The notes below the pieces were generated by a model. That model was given only the letters and a program-made list of their open reading frames with translations, did not search any database and was not told where the DNA came from. A DNA stretch of 61,481 nucleotides, counting the filler, from Sphacelaria rigidula (lineage: Eukaryota), in assembly GCA_964200075.2 (NCBI GenBank). It is 9 parts of 9 records of this genome, joined end to end, with 100 filler letters (N's around TTAATTAATTAA, not from the genome) between each part and the next. Parts side by side here need not be neighbours in the genome. Positions count along the whole stretch, not along the records: positions 34,214 to 40,955 come from CAXNAA020018305.1; positions 41,056 to 47,797 come from CAXNAA020018306.1; positions 47,898 to 54,639 come from CAXNAA020018307.1; 6 more parts are not named here. One strand, given 5' to 3'. The stretch's first letter is position 1, and each line of letters starts with the position of its first letter. Below, piece by piece: positions 36,357 to 48,149 of this stretch. A program made the position numbers and the translations under genes.

Positions 36357-36787
36357 GTCGGTTGTCAAACGACGTACTATTGCACCAACATATGTTTATA
36401 CAGTTAAAAGTGTAGCATTTGTCGATCGACGCTTGATAATTGAGGTAGGAGCCGTAGCTAACCCTGCTCATACTGCCTACCCGATTTTCCCAGGGGCATG
36501 ACACCTCGGAGCAGGATACGGGAAGCTAAGGGTCGGGGTGAAAAAGAGATTGCATCAACGCGTTATTGTCCAGGTTTCCTTGCTGTCGAGAAATCCGGGG
36601 TAGCGTGTGCGTAGCATCGAAAAACGTCGTCATCTTGCAGGTGCACCGGAAGGTTGGTCACAGCAGGGCTGTGTCTTCAACAGCCGACGGTAGCCCTCTC
36701 TAGCGGCTTGCTCCACAGCTGATATGTTGGTTAACAAAGCCTCTCATCCTCTCCCTTGTATACCTCGATTAATGGGAATCTTATTAG

Positions 36788-36984
36788 GCGATGGCGGTGG
36801 CAATCGTGGGTTACGGCTCGGACAAGAATAGATGGAACGGGTTCTCGGAGGTTCAAGTTTGCGCCCACGTTCCGAAGCGAAGTGATAGCACGGAGCAATC
36901 TTCTTCAAGCAATCCGACCCCCGAGGAAATTGGGGTGCTGCAACCTTTTCCGGAAGGTCGAAAGGGCTTTAATGTGGTCAACAT
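36788..36984 (+). CDS. End of CBM32, Ser-rich linker and start of thaumatin domain
   Basis: AMAVAIVGYGSDKNRWNGFSEVQVC matches the CBM32 end (ARYVRIVGxGNxxNxWNSITEV pattern), followed by a linker and RKGFNVVN. TAG acceptor and GTGGGT donor. AT|G joins the next exon. Confidence 0.78.
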
Positions 36985-37584
36985 GTGGGTTTGAGGGGTA
37001 AATATTCGTGATGAAATTCGGTTCTACCGTGCAACAAATGCAGGCACGTCCTTTCGCAGGGGAGGGTACGGGAATGTGCATAAAACCGACAAAATATTGC
37101 GTTACACTGAAGTAATCGTGATAAATGGGCTCAGCCGGGCAAACATGATACTGCACGGGTGCTGCGCCGCAAGCTCAAACGGTTACGTGTAAGTGCGCAA
37201 CATTCGTCACATCAGACGCTCGTTTGTCATCGACGTTCATACTGATGAACAGCTGAGCTTTCACCACGCGCCTGTGATCGCCAGCGAGCGAGGGGCAAAA
37301 CATTCAGGAGCGGCGCTAATTCATCATGCCGCTTCAATTTGCCCCTCGTATGTTCATGCACTACCACTATATTTCCGTTAGTTTACTGCAACGAACCCCG
37401 ATGTTAGGTGGGCTGCTACTGACGCTGGCGTCAGCTTCCACTACTGTGAGTTGTGACAATCAACTAGCCTGAAGCTGTTGTACTCTCTACGTACTTTCAG
37501 CTCCTCCTCCCCCCTCCGCCCCTCCCCTCAGCCTAGTCCGGCGAAAACCCGGCGTGCTCCGTCCCGGCTTTGTAGGGGCGGACC

Positions 37585-38105
37585 CCCTATGGAGTTGGCG
37601 TCGGTTGGCGATGACGCTGTAAAACACGCCACTTATTGCGTAAGCTAGGCCACCAGGTCACCGATTTTTTTTCTCGTTTGTGTGTGTTTTTGTAGTTACC
37701 ATGGTGATGGTCGAGTTATATAATATTGTGCGGGGTGGAAGAACCTCAACCCCGCGCAAATGGGATGATTGTACTACGCAGCGTTTAAATGGTGAGACAC
37801 CCATGAGGCAGTGTATAAGCCGTGGCTGTCTCTGGAAGTGGTGATACCAGAAAATGAAGCAACTCATTGTAGGCTGTCATCCGAATGCAAGATAAGTAGT
37901 ACGCCTCGGGCAGAACAATCTTAGCAGCATGCAGCTCACCCTTCATGTGACTCGCCGAATACACCACGGCGCTTCGCTCTTGATGATTGACTGCGAGCCT
38001 GGTCCAGCTAAACCCCGGCGTGCTCCGTCTCGGCTTCGTAAGGATATGAGGTCACCGGCCATATGACCGTGGTATGCAAGATCATAGGTTCACATCGCCC
38101 CCCCT
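37585..38105 (+). mobile_element. Near full-length structured-head, C-tailed non-autonomous retroposon (intronic)
   Basis: Hairpin-rich head followed by a T-run, a shared body, and a 3' end homologous to the LINE tail. Fragments at ~1450-1620, 4215-4335, 16120-16450, 20530-20885, 34214-34310, 40880-40955, 41056-41255, 44540-44595, 45780-46100 and 61030-61110. Confidence 0.8.
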
Positions 38106-38358
38106 CAGCGCGTGCGTACTTCATGAGTATCTGAAACACGACATCGTTCCTCCAGCGCAAGAGAGTATCACAGCCATGTTAATTTCAAACCGCGACACTC
38201 TGCGAACGCAGCCAGAGGACGCGACAAGGCTTCGTGCGACCACACCATTCGTCATCGTCCTTCCTCTAGATGCGGCACGATGGGAAAACACGGCTAAACA
38301 CCCGCCCGACCACTGTGTTCAGGGGCTCATACCTCCCCTACCTTTCCCTTCGCCACAG

Positions 38359-38541
38359 GTGCTCGTTTCCGATCCGCGTGGGATCAACGGGGAGTCATGC
38401 TCCGTGTGGCGATGGCACGGCAGAGAACCCTGGCGACGGAGAATGCTTCTGGGCATTGCCCGATGGGAAGAGGGACCTGAGGCCTGGTGAAGCAGAGCAG
38501 TACGTGCTTCCCGAGCTCGGGCTCAAGGAAGGGAGCTTGAT
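38359..38541 (+). CDS. Thaumatin-like domain exon
   Basis: (M)CSFPIRVGSTGSHAPCGDG...CFWALPDGKRDLRPGE...GSL(I). CAG acceptor and GTGAGC donor. Phase 2-2. Confidence 0.85.
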
Positions 38542-38985
38542 GTGAGCGTATTCGTGACGGTACTGCAATAGTCTCTTGCGTTGGTGGTGTCTTGCGTTTG
38601 GGCGGTAGTTTCAAGAGGTGTCGAAGATAACCCAAGGTAAAGCGTTGCCATTGAATGTCCGTCTCCGTCGGCTTCTCAGACATCTTTTGCCTGAGTGTTA
38701 ACCCAGGTCGTGTATGTTTATCGCCCTCGGCTAACCAAGAAAAGGTATCCGGGGCTCAGTACATCTATCTCGTGTCGGTGAACGTTGGTCAGTGCTGACT
38801 GACGCCTCTGAGTACGTGACTGAGACGGCATGGTGATCCTCACCTCAGCCCCGTCGAAGTTGCTCATGCCACGCAAAACCGTGAACACGCACATCATCAC
38901 CATCTCACAACATCAAACCCGGGTAGACGAATCGGCCGATGGACTCGTTTCTCTCCCTTCGAACGCGAACTGAACTGCCGCGCAG

Positions 38986-39192
38986 ATGGGCTGGAAATAT
39001 CTGGGCAAGCACGGGCTGCGCGTCAGACATATCGGATGACTACGATGACCCTGTTTCGGAAGGGTGCGTGACGAACTATTGCCGGGAGGGCACTTGCCCG
39101 GACTACTTTGGACCCACCGGAACCACGACAAAGGCGGAATTCGCGCTTCAAGAGGGCGGGCTCGACTTCTACGATGTCAGCGTTATTGACGG
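38986..39192 (+). CDS. Thaumatin-like domain core exon
   Basis: WAGNIWASTGC...GCVTNYC...GPTGTTTKAEFALQEGGLDFYDVSVIDG contains the thaumatin motifs WxGxIWAxTGC, TxAEF and DFYDVSxxDG. CAG acceptor and GTACGT donor. Confidence 0.93.
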
Positions 39193-39583
39193 GTACGTGG
39201 TTGATCCACGCAGAATAGATAAAGCGAGAACGATGTTGAGCGTCTTGAAACGTGGACCGAAGAGTGGAGAAACATCCGTAGGTCCTACTGCTGTGATGAT
39301 TTTTACCGACGCATACCGCTCGGTGATATTGCGTGGGTTTTGTTCGAAGGTGGACATGAAAACAAAATCTACAACGGGATTGTGCGCTGCTGTATGGCGA
39401 CAGGTGGCGCTGCGGCACTCATTGAGCGCCGACAGTTGGAATAAATGAATGACAACAGCAACCGCGCTTGTTACGCATAGCGTATGGTCAGCCCGAGGCC
39501 TTAGAAGATTGCAACGATAGGAAGTGTCGCCTCCATGGTACAGGGCTGCTAACAATGTTTTCGTGAGATTGAGCGTAGAGGAT

Positions 39584-39834
39584 GATACTTTCTACGATAG
39601 CCCCCCCCCCCCCAAAGTACATGATTTTGGAAGGCAAAATCTTCACGTAACTCGAAATTGAAAAAAGCGAGCACAACGAGCAGCTGGTGATCCCCGCGCT
39701 TGGGTTCGTTCTAGCCAATATCGCCAATATGAGGCGTTTCATTCAGCCTGAACCCAAACATCAGGCGCTGTATGACCATTTTTTTCGTGACACTTTCGGG
39801 CTGGTTTTGGGAGGGGGCTATCGTAGAAAGTGTC
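39584..39834. mobile_element. MITE with GAY...GTC termini, copy 2, nested in another MITE (~39552-40103)
   Basis: GGAT is duplicated at 39580-39583 and 39835-39838. The host-element copy at ~47028-47322 has a single GGAT (empty site). Confidence 0.88.
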
Positions 39835-41295
39835 GGATACGATTGAGAGTGAAAAACAGTTAATCAGTGAATTAATCGTTTTAGTTCCGAGATACCTCTC
39901 CACGAGGCCTGATATGCTTTCTGTTGTAGCTTGCCACTGAGGCCCTTGATACCCCTGAGTAGGATGTCCACGTGTAGCTGTAAGCACACGGCAGTAATGG
40001 AGGTACAAAAAAGAAAACACGGAATGAAAATTTGGTTAAGTTAAAGCGAATGATCAAAGCCACTCTCAATCAGCGCTATACTCTCAATATCACGATAACG
40101 TAGTTTGCCGTGGTGAATGAAGCCACCTACGTACCCAAGTTGGAGGAATATTTCAAACACCACATCTAAGGGTCATTTTCCAACGGGTTAAATATTTCCG
40201 TACTCTTCATCCATTTTGGGAGAAAGTTCGACTTTTTAGGGGGAAAAAAATGCAGCAAAACAAATCCAACGTGAAATATCCCGAGTAATATGTAGCCAAT
40301 CTTGAACTGTTTTATACCTCGTCTCGGCTGAGAAATTTACTGTCACCCTTTTTGGGGAGGAAGTTTTATTTTCGCCTAAACGTTTGGACAAGTCCGAAAA
40401 AAACACAGCCCCGCTAATATGCCCCTGACATGCACAAATTGAAGATCGGAGTCACAGTATAGGCACCTCTTGCCTGCTGCGCAAGCCTCGAGCTGCCGCG
40501 TTCAATTCGAATACCGCACGGGCCCGCCGGCCTCCAGCCTGGCGGTTAATTTCCCGTACCCTCGAACAAAGGGCCAATGTGCACATGAACCAAACTGGTG
40601 CAAATTTGATGTTGGAGCTGCGCTGTTCTCACCTTTCAAAGTAAAACTGTTCTTGGAGTGGTCTCCCTTCGATTCTGTGCGTGACACGTTTGCGATGCAG
40701 GGCGAATATTCCCCTGATGATTTCGCCGACGACCGCGGTGCATACGGACAACCCCTACTACTGTGGAAGTCCCGGCTCGACCCTGGAGCAAGGAGGTACT
40801 GGCTTCGGAGTCATGCTACGATAGGGGGGGGGTACTCATGGTCATGCATGCCAAAGCTATATGCTACGATGGGGGGGGGGCAGGGGGGGTAGGGATGATC
40901 CGGCATGCCCAAGTCATCAGACCATTCACCTCTCCATCCTACAAAGCCTGGTCGGNNNNNNNNNNNNNNNNNNNNNNNNNNNNNNNNNNNNNNNNNNNNT
41001 TAATTAATTAANNNNNNNNNNNNNNNNNNNNNNNNNNNNNNNNNNNNNNNNNNNNTGGGCCGAACAATTTTGGCAGGATGCAGCTCACCCTTCATGCGAC
41101 CCGCCGAACACACCACGGCGCGTCGTGCTTGGTGACTGAGTGCGAGTCTGGTCCGGCGAAAACCCGGCGTGCTCCCTCCCGGCTTTGTAGGGATACGAGG
41201 TCAATGGTCTGATGAGTATGACATGCATGATCAAAAAGAACATCCCCCCTCCCCGAAACGACCCCTGCTTTTCACAATTGTCCGTATTCGTACAG

Positions 41296-41962
41296 TGTAC
41301 AACACCCTTCAACGACGACGGAAATACCAGCAAGTCCTCCTTTCGGGGCCCAGCGGGGCACCAAGCAAGCAAGCGTGCCCAAGCCGCAGCAACCATGCAG
41401 GACGCCCACCGAATGCACTACTGCCACTACTCCCACCCCCACTGCCCCCCCCATCAGTGCCAAGCACGACTCGCCTCGTCCCGATAAGCCCACGGCGATG
41501 GCAGTTCAGCCGCAGCCGGCACCATTGACACCCCCGGGTTCCGCCTCCCCTCTTCCACAGGCGCAGCAAAAGGGATGGGCAGGCCGGAGTCTGCGCGTTG
41601 CCGACTCAAGCGGCGATTGCGGCGAGGGGGGGCTACCACCGTTCTCCCTTCCCAACGACGGCGCGCCTATCGGGTATGACGACTCTGACGGTGGCCTGCG
41701 AATCCCCAAGCAAAAAGGGAGACAGCTTCACGGGCAGCAGGGAATTCATCAAAGCAAATCGGCGGCGGCGGCGGCGGCTGTCGCGTTTCAAAACTGGATG
41801 GCGAGGGAGAGCAGGGTGCCTTCCTTCCCGGGGCCTCTGTCTGCTTCTTCTTCGATCGGGATGTGTAGCCAAGGTATGGCGAGGCTCATGGGGGCTAGAC
41901 GCTGCAACTTGGAGCAAGGATGGGGCGGGTCGGTGGATAAGATATCGAGTATCAACTCTTGG
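41296..41962 (+). CDS. Long low-complexity exon of an unidentified protein
   Basis: Open, GC-rich, Pro/Ser/Gln/Ala-rich frame ending SSINSW. TACAG acceptor (start tentative) and GTGAGT donor at 41963. Confidence 0.6.
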
Positions 41963-42531
41963 GTGAGTGGTGACAGTCTCTCCGCCGCAGCGCTTTGGAC
42001 GAGCTTCCGTGTGTAGCAATGACAGGACATGCACCATTCAATGTACTGTATCTCATTTCAAGTAGCGTGTACCGCGTTTGGTTAGAGGCGTATGGTGAAA
42101 TCTTCGTACGCCTCAGGCATGACACGAGACTGGCGCACGCCTGTGGGCTGATTGTTCTTTTCGATGTCCCCTTTCACCGTCTGTGTCCAACCGACTCCAT
42201 CTAAGCGTACAAAGCAAGGATCCCTCGAAAAATGCGGGACTCTCAGCGGATGAAGAATCTCAATCAGCGTGGATCGTCAAGGGGTCAAGATAGCACGGCA
42301 TTCATGCTGTTCGGGGTCGGTGCATTAGATCATTAATTCCCGTACCCACGCCTGGGTTTCAAGGTTGATTTTCGAGGTGAATCGAAACCATCTGACCCGC
42401 ATCAAGGTAGGCGAGCAGCCTTCCACTGGCATCCACTTGAAATCAGTCACATATAAAAAAATAAAAATATACAACCGATCCCGTTGTCTCATCCTTTTGC
42501 GAATCATGCGATATTTCCCCGAACAACGCAG

Positions 42532-42870
42532 ATCGATCTCCAGGATTTTGATCCTGATGTGAAGTCATTCTCCGGTTTGAGTTGGCCGCAGCCCGGCGCG
42601 AATCAAAACGTTCTGGAGTCCATCAGCGGGACTGGTGGAGCCGACACAGGCACGTCATTTTCGTCGTCCGTTAGAGAGTTTCCGCACGCTGCACCCAGTA
42701 GTGCTCGTCAAGGGGAACAAACATCCCACGGCTTCATGTTTGGCGGGGCACCGTCAGGTGGCGCATCTACTGCGACGACGACTACACTCGATGCCCAGTC
42801 GTCCCTGCGCGACCTTTTGCTGGAGAAGTGGCCTCCGGTGCCCATTAGTGAAGTGACCCCCATTCTATAA
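42532..42870 (+). CDS. Terminal exon of the same unidentified protein
   Basis: GCAG acceptor, phase 0 matching the previous donor. IDLQDFDPDVKSFSGLSWPQP...LRDLLLEKWPPVPISEVTPIL*. Confidence 0.62.
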   Translation: MDLQDFDPDVKSFSGLSWPQPGANQNVLESISGTGGADTGTSFSSSVREFPHAAPSSARQGEQTSHGFMFGGAPSGGASTATTTTLDAQSSLRDLLLEKWPPVPISEVTPIL

Positions 42871-44710
42871 TGAGGTGTCCCATACTGAGGCTGCTTGGTG
42901 GTCTTCAATCTGTGGCTCATTGCGTTCATTTATTTATTCACACAATTGTTCCCAGCGAGTGTCTGTCGTTACTATAGCATCTGCATCTGTAATGCTGCGT
43001 AGTCTTTGCCAGTCTCTGACAAGGAGTTTTGATACGTTTTTTACGCGGAAGGAGTATCACCATGGGTTTCCGATCGTTTTTATATTACCACAATGCATGC
43101 AAATGCCTTCTGCGGTTTAGGTGCATAAGCTGCAGTACAATTCCCCAGGAATGGAGATGCGCTTGTGTACCGGGACGGGGGGACGGGCGAGGTATGTGCT
43201 GACGTTTTTGAACATTTACGAAGGGATGGCGTGACGGTCTCATACCATCTTCGTGGCAGGCGGATGAGCGATGGCGCTAGGTGGACGCATATATATATAT
43301 ATAATATATATATGGTCGATGGCTGTACGTATGTGTGTTTACGTGTACGGGTGGGGGTGCGTGCGTTTTGTCATACGTACAAGAGGGATGATTTTTATCG
43401 CATCTCGTTATCTGCCGTGTGAAGTGAAAGTTGTGGTGTCTGTTGTTACCCCGAGTGCTGTCACTTGAATTTCTCCTGCCCGAGGGGCCGAGCCACTTGC
43501 CTGTGCCCGAACGTCACGCTTGGAAAGGGCTTCTCCTTCGTTCGTTTATTATTCGTTCATTTTGTATGGTTTTTGTACGAAGCTGCATATGCTGCAAGTT
43601 CGAGTGAAGTTTGCACGCCGGCGAGCCGAGGCCGGAGTGAGGGGCACCGCAGTTGACACTTGTCGAGTCGTGGACTCTTGGCAGTGGAAGCAAACTGCGC
43701 TGCGAGCTCTAGGGGAGCAGTTGTTTGCGCGTGTCCAGTAGGGACACTGTGGTTGGCGTGGTGGGCGTCATTTTGGGTACGTGAAGTTTCTCGATAAGGG
43801 GGCAATCCCGAAATTGCCCTTCTTCGTAATTCACTCTTCGTGTCAGCAGTCATGAATGCTTCCACTCGAAGACTGATGCGTGGGACGCATTTCTCCACAA
43901 ATGTTGAAGAGGTTGTGCTATGATGCGCGGTGGGTTACGGGGTCGCACGCACCCGGACAGGGGTGCTCGTGCAGTGATTTAGCGTAAGGGTGGTGAAAAC
44001 TGCTCCAAAAAATATTCATCCACTATCAAAGAGGACCGGTGAGGATTAGGCTGCGATCGCATGACCCTTTTCGACGCTTTGCAATCAAGGATGTTGTCGG
44101 TGGTGGGAGTTGGAGTTTTTGCTAGAATGCAAGGAATAGTGGTGTGCAGAGAAACGAATCAGTGGCACGCAGTAAACACACGAGAAGAGTGGCACGGGGT
44201 TTCTCCCATCGGCCTAAACAAATTTGTGTGAAGAGTGTGATTGGCCGAGTATCCCTGGTCAACGACTGATATCGTACATGGGTTTCGAGGGGGATGAACG
44301 TTTAGTAATGTATGGCGTCACCTACCTGGTACGTGTTCGAAAAACTTTGTGGCGACAACCAAACTCTCGGAGGTTTCCTGCGCATGGCGTTGATGACGGC
44401 ACTTTATGGGCTTGGCATGGTTTATTGATTTTTTCGACGTATATAGTATGTGTGCTGGGTCGCATGGGTCAAAACACGCGCGGGACACCTGCTGCGGCGT
44501 GCAGCCCGTTGCGTGGTAGTCCGGATGGGCTTACGAGGGGAGGGGGGATGTACTAGTGATCTCGCATGCCCTAGTCATGAGACCTTTGACCTAAGGGCTG
44601 GGGGGGGGGGGGGGGGGGGGAAGGGGGAGCCAACCCCCATTTTGTTCGGGTGGGAAACAGGGAAAAAGGATCACCGGTNNNNNNNNNNGGGGGGGGTGGG
44701 TTGGGGGGGT

Positions 44711-44773
<63 letters not shown>

Positions 44774-44974
44774 GTAAGGGCAAGGCAACGCCCATTTGCT
44801 TTCGTGCGGATAACGGGAAAATGGATACCATGTGGAATGAGCGCGTAACACTCGCTTTCATTGTCCTCCGCAGACGGCTCTTGCGCTCATAGAGTCACTG
44901 CGGATTATTGGCCCATGTCGTGAAACGTCTTGAATTGATTTTTGCTCTTCTTGGTGGAGGCAAACATTTGCACG

Positions 44975-45100
44975 ACGTTGTTGCTGATGGTGTTGTCGTT
45001 GCTGCTGCTGTCGTTGTAGTTGTCGTCATCATCGTCGTTGTAGTTGTCGTTGCTACTGCTGTTGTTATTGTTGCTGTTGTTGTGACTGTTGTGACTGTCT
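44975..45100. repeat. Degenerate (GTT/GCT/GTC)n trinucleotide microsatellite
   Basis: Directly visible. Confidence 0.9.
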
Positions 45101-47027
45101 TGCGTATCGCAGACAGTGATTGTACAGGTGTAAAGGGGCCAAGGGGTGCCGAAGGATGAACATGGTGCGTAATTTGCTGGTTGTCCGGAAACAGAATCCA
45201 TGAAATCTGATCGGCCGATATCCCTTGGTCGACGTGCGCGTATTCTCCGAAAAAAAAAGTGGTGCAACAGGCAGTACGGATTCTTCTGCACATTTTTCCG
45301 ACAAAAGCTGTTCTCATGGGTTAAATTTTCATCCATATGTGTGTCAGCCGTTGTTGTCCGGAATTAAACTTATTTGATGATGCCCTTTTTGTGGCTGCGT
45401 GGTTTAAGACGCCAATAGAGGAGTGACACGGAATAATTTGCTATTTAATAACGAAATTACATTTCAACGTTACTCCTTCTCGGGTTCAGGATCTCAGAAA
45501 AGCGAGAAATTTGATGATGGTTCTCTTGACTACAAAACCAAGTTGTTCGCTCGGTTGCTTCGTTCTGGCTTTTGCCGATGATGAATAATGCCGGTAACAG
45601 GAAAATGTTCTGTGGTACCCGGCAGTGTACCGTGGCCTCACCACCTGTGAAACCTTCCTGCGGCAACGTGAAAGCTAGCGCCATCGAGGAAGCTGGGAAT
45701 AGCACAACGAGATTTCCAACAGGACCCTAAAACGGTTCTGGTATCCCCTTGTGCGCCGTGGTATGAATGATGCGATAAAGGGGTGTGGGGGGATGTACTC
45801 ATGATGTCGCACGTCGTAGTCACATGATCATTGACCTCGCATCTCTAAACCGCCGCGACGGAGCACGCCGGGTTTTCGTTGGACCAGGCTCGCGATCATT
45901 CGCCAAGCGCGAAGCAACGTGAGTGGCCTGAAGGGTGAGCTGCACCCTGCTGCGATTATTCGGCTCGAAGCGTACTGACTATCTTGCATTTGGATGACAG
46001 CCTCCTATGACTTACTTCAGTTTCTGGTATCGCCTATTCCAGAGACAGTCACGACTTGCGCACTGCCTCCTGGGTGTCTCAATATTTGAACACTGCGTGA
46101 TGTCATCATCAAAGATATACTTGAAGGCTTGAATTTTTTTGTCCATGTGGTCTCAGATTGTGATAAGGTGGATATTTTCAATTTTCGGAATATACTACAT
46201 CATACGATATACGGGTTGGTCTACGCCTTACACCTAAATTTCACCAATCAGCAATCCATTGCCTTTCCGCGATACCTAACCAGTTGTCGCATGCATGGTG
46301 TCAAACTGATCGCCACGGAAAACTAAATAGGGTGACACAGCCGGGTTTTGTCGTAGGCTACAGAGTGGTGGCGCTTAAGGCGAAAAAGGGGCAAATATGA
46401 CCTAGGTACCTCCACCAAGCAGTCGCCGTGAAATTATCCTGAAGATTAAAATGCGGAGTCCCAACCCGAATTCTACCTAAAATCTCTCAATACTGCACAT
46501 CGTAGTAATCGCCATCAGCTGCAGAACCTCACGGCAAGAACACATTTGATATATGGTTCCCGTGGGATCTATCATACCCCAACCCGTGGTAATTCGGTGA
46601 TGCAGCGTTTCGGCGTCGCCGTATTCCCACTGACGATAATACGCACCGAAAAAGATCCAGAATCTTCCCGACGGTTTTCCTGGTAATATCTGTCGTGGTG
46701 AAGCTCCCACCACCCCCAAACTTGGTGGTTCGGCAGGTGGAGCTCTATTGATGTCCCAAACGGAAGAAATAAATAGTTGCGAATAAATATATGTCAAGCT
46801 TTTTCCGCCCTTTATCGGCTTCCGGGGGGTACTCGAGCGATGACCTCCGGAAGGCGACACAGAATGTCCAAAAATAATGTCTAGATAACTCATGCGTCCG
46901 TCCCGGCGTAGTCCAAGGAGCATCTGCACGAAGTCAAGTGTTGCTCTGTAATTTAGAGAAAAAGTGACGTAATAGATTCGATGAAGCGTTAAGCGTACGA
47001 GCTGGGCCAGCCTAGAAGCGGGTTTAA

Positions 47028-47322
47028 CAACGTTTCCGTGACTTTGAGAGTAGATCGCGGATTGAGAGCGGCTTGGATCATTCGCTTTAATGTCGCCAAT
47101 TTTTCATTCCGTGTGTGCATTTCCTTGTCTCCGTCACTGCCGTGTGCGTACAGCTACACGATCATATCCTACTCGGGGATATCAAGGGCCTCAGTGGGAA
47201 GCTACTACGGAAAAAATATCGGGCCTCGCGGAGGTGCATTTTGGAACTAAAACGATTCATTGACTCATTGACCGCTTGTCATTCTCAATCATATCCTCTA
47301 CTCTCAGTTTCACGAAACATTA
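47028..47322. mobile_element. MITE of ~290 bp; second copy inverted at ~39552-40103
   Basis: Imperfect TIR ACAACGTTTCCGTGACTTTGAGAGTAGA / TCTACTCTCAGTTTCACGAAACATTAT. Colinear with the contig 6 copy. Confidence 0.7.
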
Positions 47323-48149
47323 TTATTTGGAGTTTGCAGGCCAATTCGTTAGAGTTGAACCGTAAAATTTGGAACGAGCAAAGGCACTAATCGCAGCATT
47401 AAATCTGGATATCGCGCCTCAGTTTTGAGAATGGGCTTTGAAATTTTGCAAGGAGAATCGTCGCTAGTGATTAACAGCCGATTTTAAATTTTGGGGCTCA
47501 ACACTAAAATGGCGCTGAAGTCGCATTTTTCTATTGCAGGGAAGATACGAAAGAGTAACACGGAGCGAAAGTATCTCCTCCCCCAAAAGTCCGCAGGAGG
47601 ACTTGACCATTAGACCGCGAGAGTAGGTCACCTGCTGAATCGGCATCAATATTCACTTGAAAAAAGTACCCGCGTGGTCCAGATGGACTACGGGCACCGC
47701 GGTCCAAGGCTTAAGCAACTCTGGCTAGGTGCACCCAACGAAATGCGGTGTACACGCGTGTCGATGGCGATATCACCAGAGAGAGAAGCAACGACAGNNN
47801 NNNNNNNNNNNNNNNNNNNNNNNNNNNNNNNNNNNNNNNNNTTAATTAATTAANNNNNNNNNNNNNNNNNNNNNNNNNNNNNNNNNNNNNNNNNNNNCAG
47901 CTATAAGGCCCAAATGAGTCGCGTCGTGCAGCACGAAACCAGCTCTGACGACATTTACTATTATCGCCTCCGTGCACGTTTTTGGCCGGTTCGGGGGGGG
48001 GGGGGTTATCTCGGCAGCAGTCTTCTACACCCCCCGTCCCAATAGAAAACGTAAACTCGTCTGTGTCATCTATCTTCGGCGGTCTTCGTTATGTCTTTGC
48101 CGGTGAAAGCATCCGCCTCTGCATCCGAGCATATGGAAGCGCTACCGAA

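Noticed and set aside
40470..40892. 140-aa ORF as a continuation of the thaumatin gene
   Set aside because: No thaumatin motif (xNxPx, conserved Cys) and no convincing phase-2 acceptor.
44571..44892. Extensin-like or Gly-rich ORFs
   Set aside because: Translations of a poly-G tract containing a 10-N gap; likely a sequencing or assembly artefact.
44895..45336. Thr-, Val- and Asn/Asp-rich ORFs
   Set aside because: Open in several frames on both strands because of a trinucleotide microsatellite; no domain or splice support.
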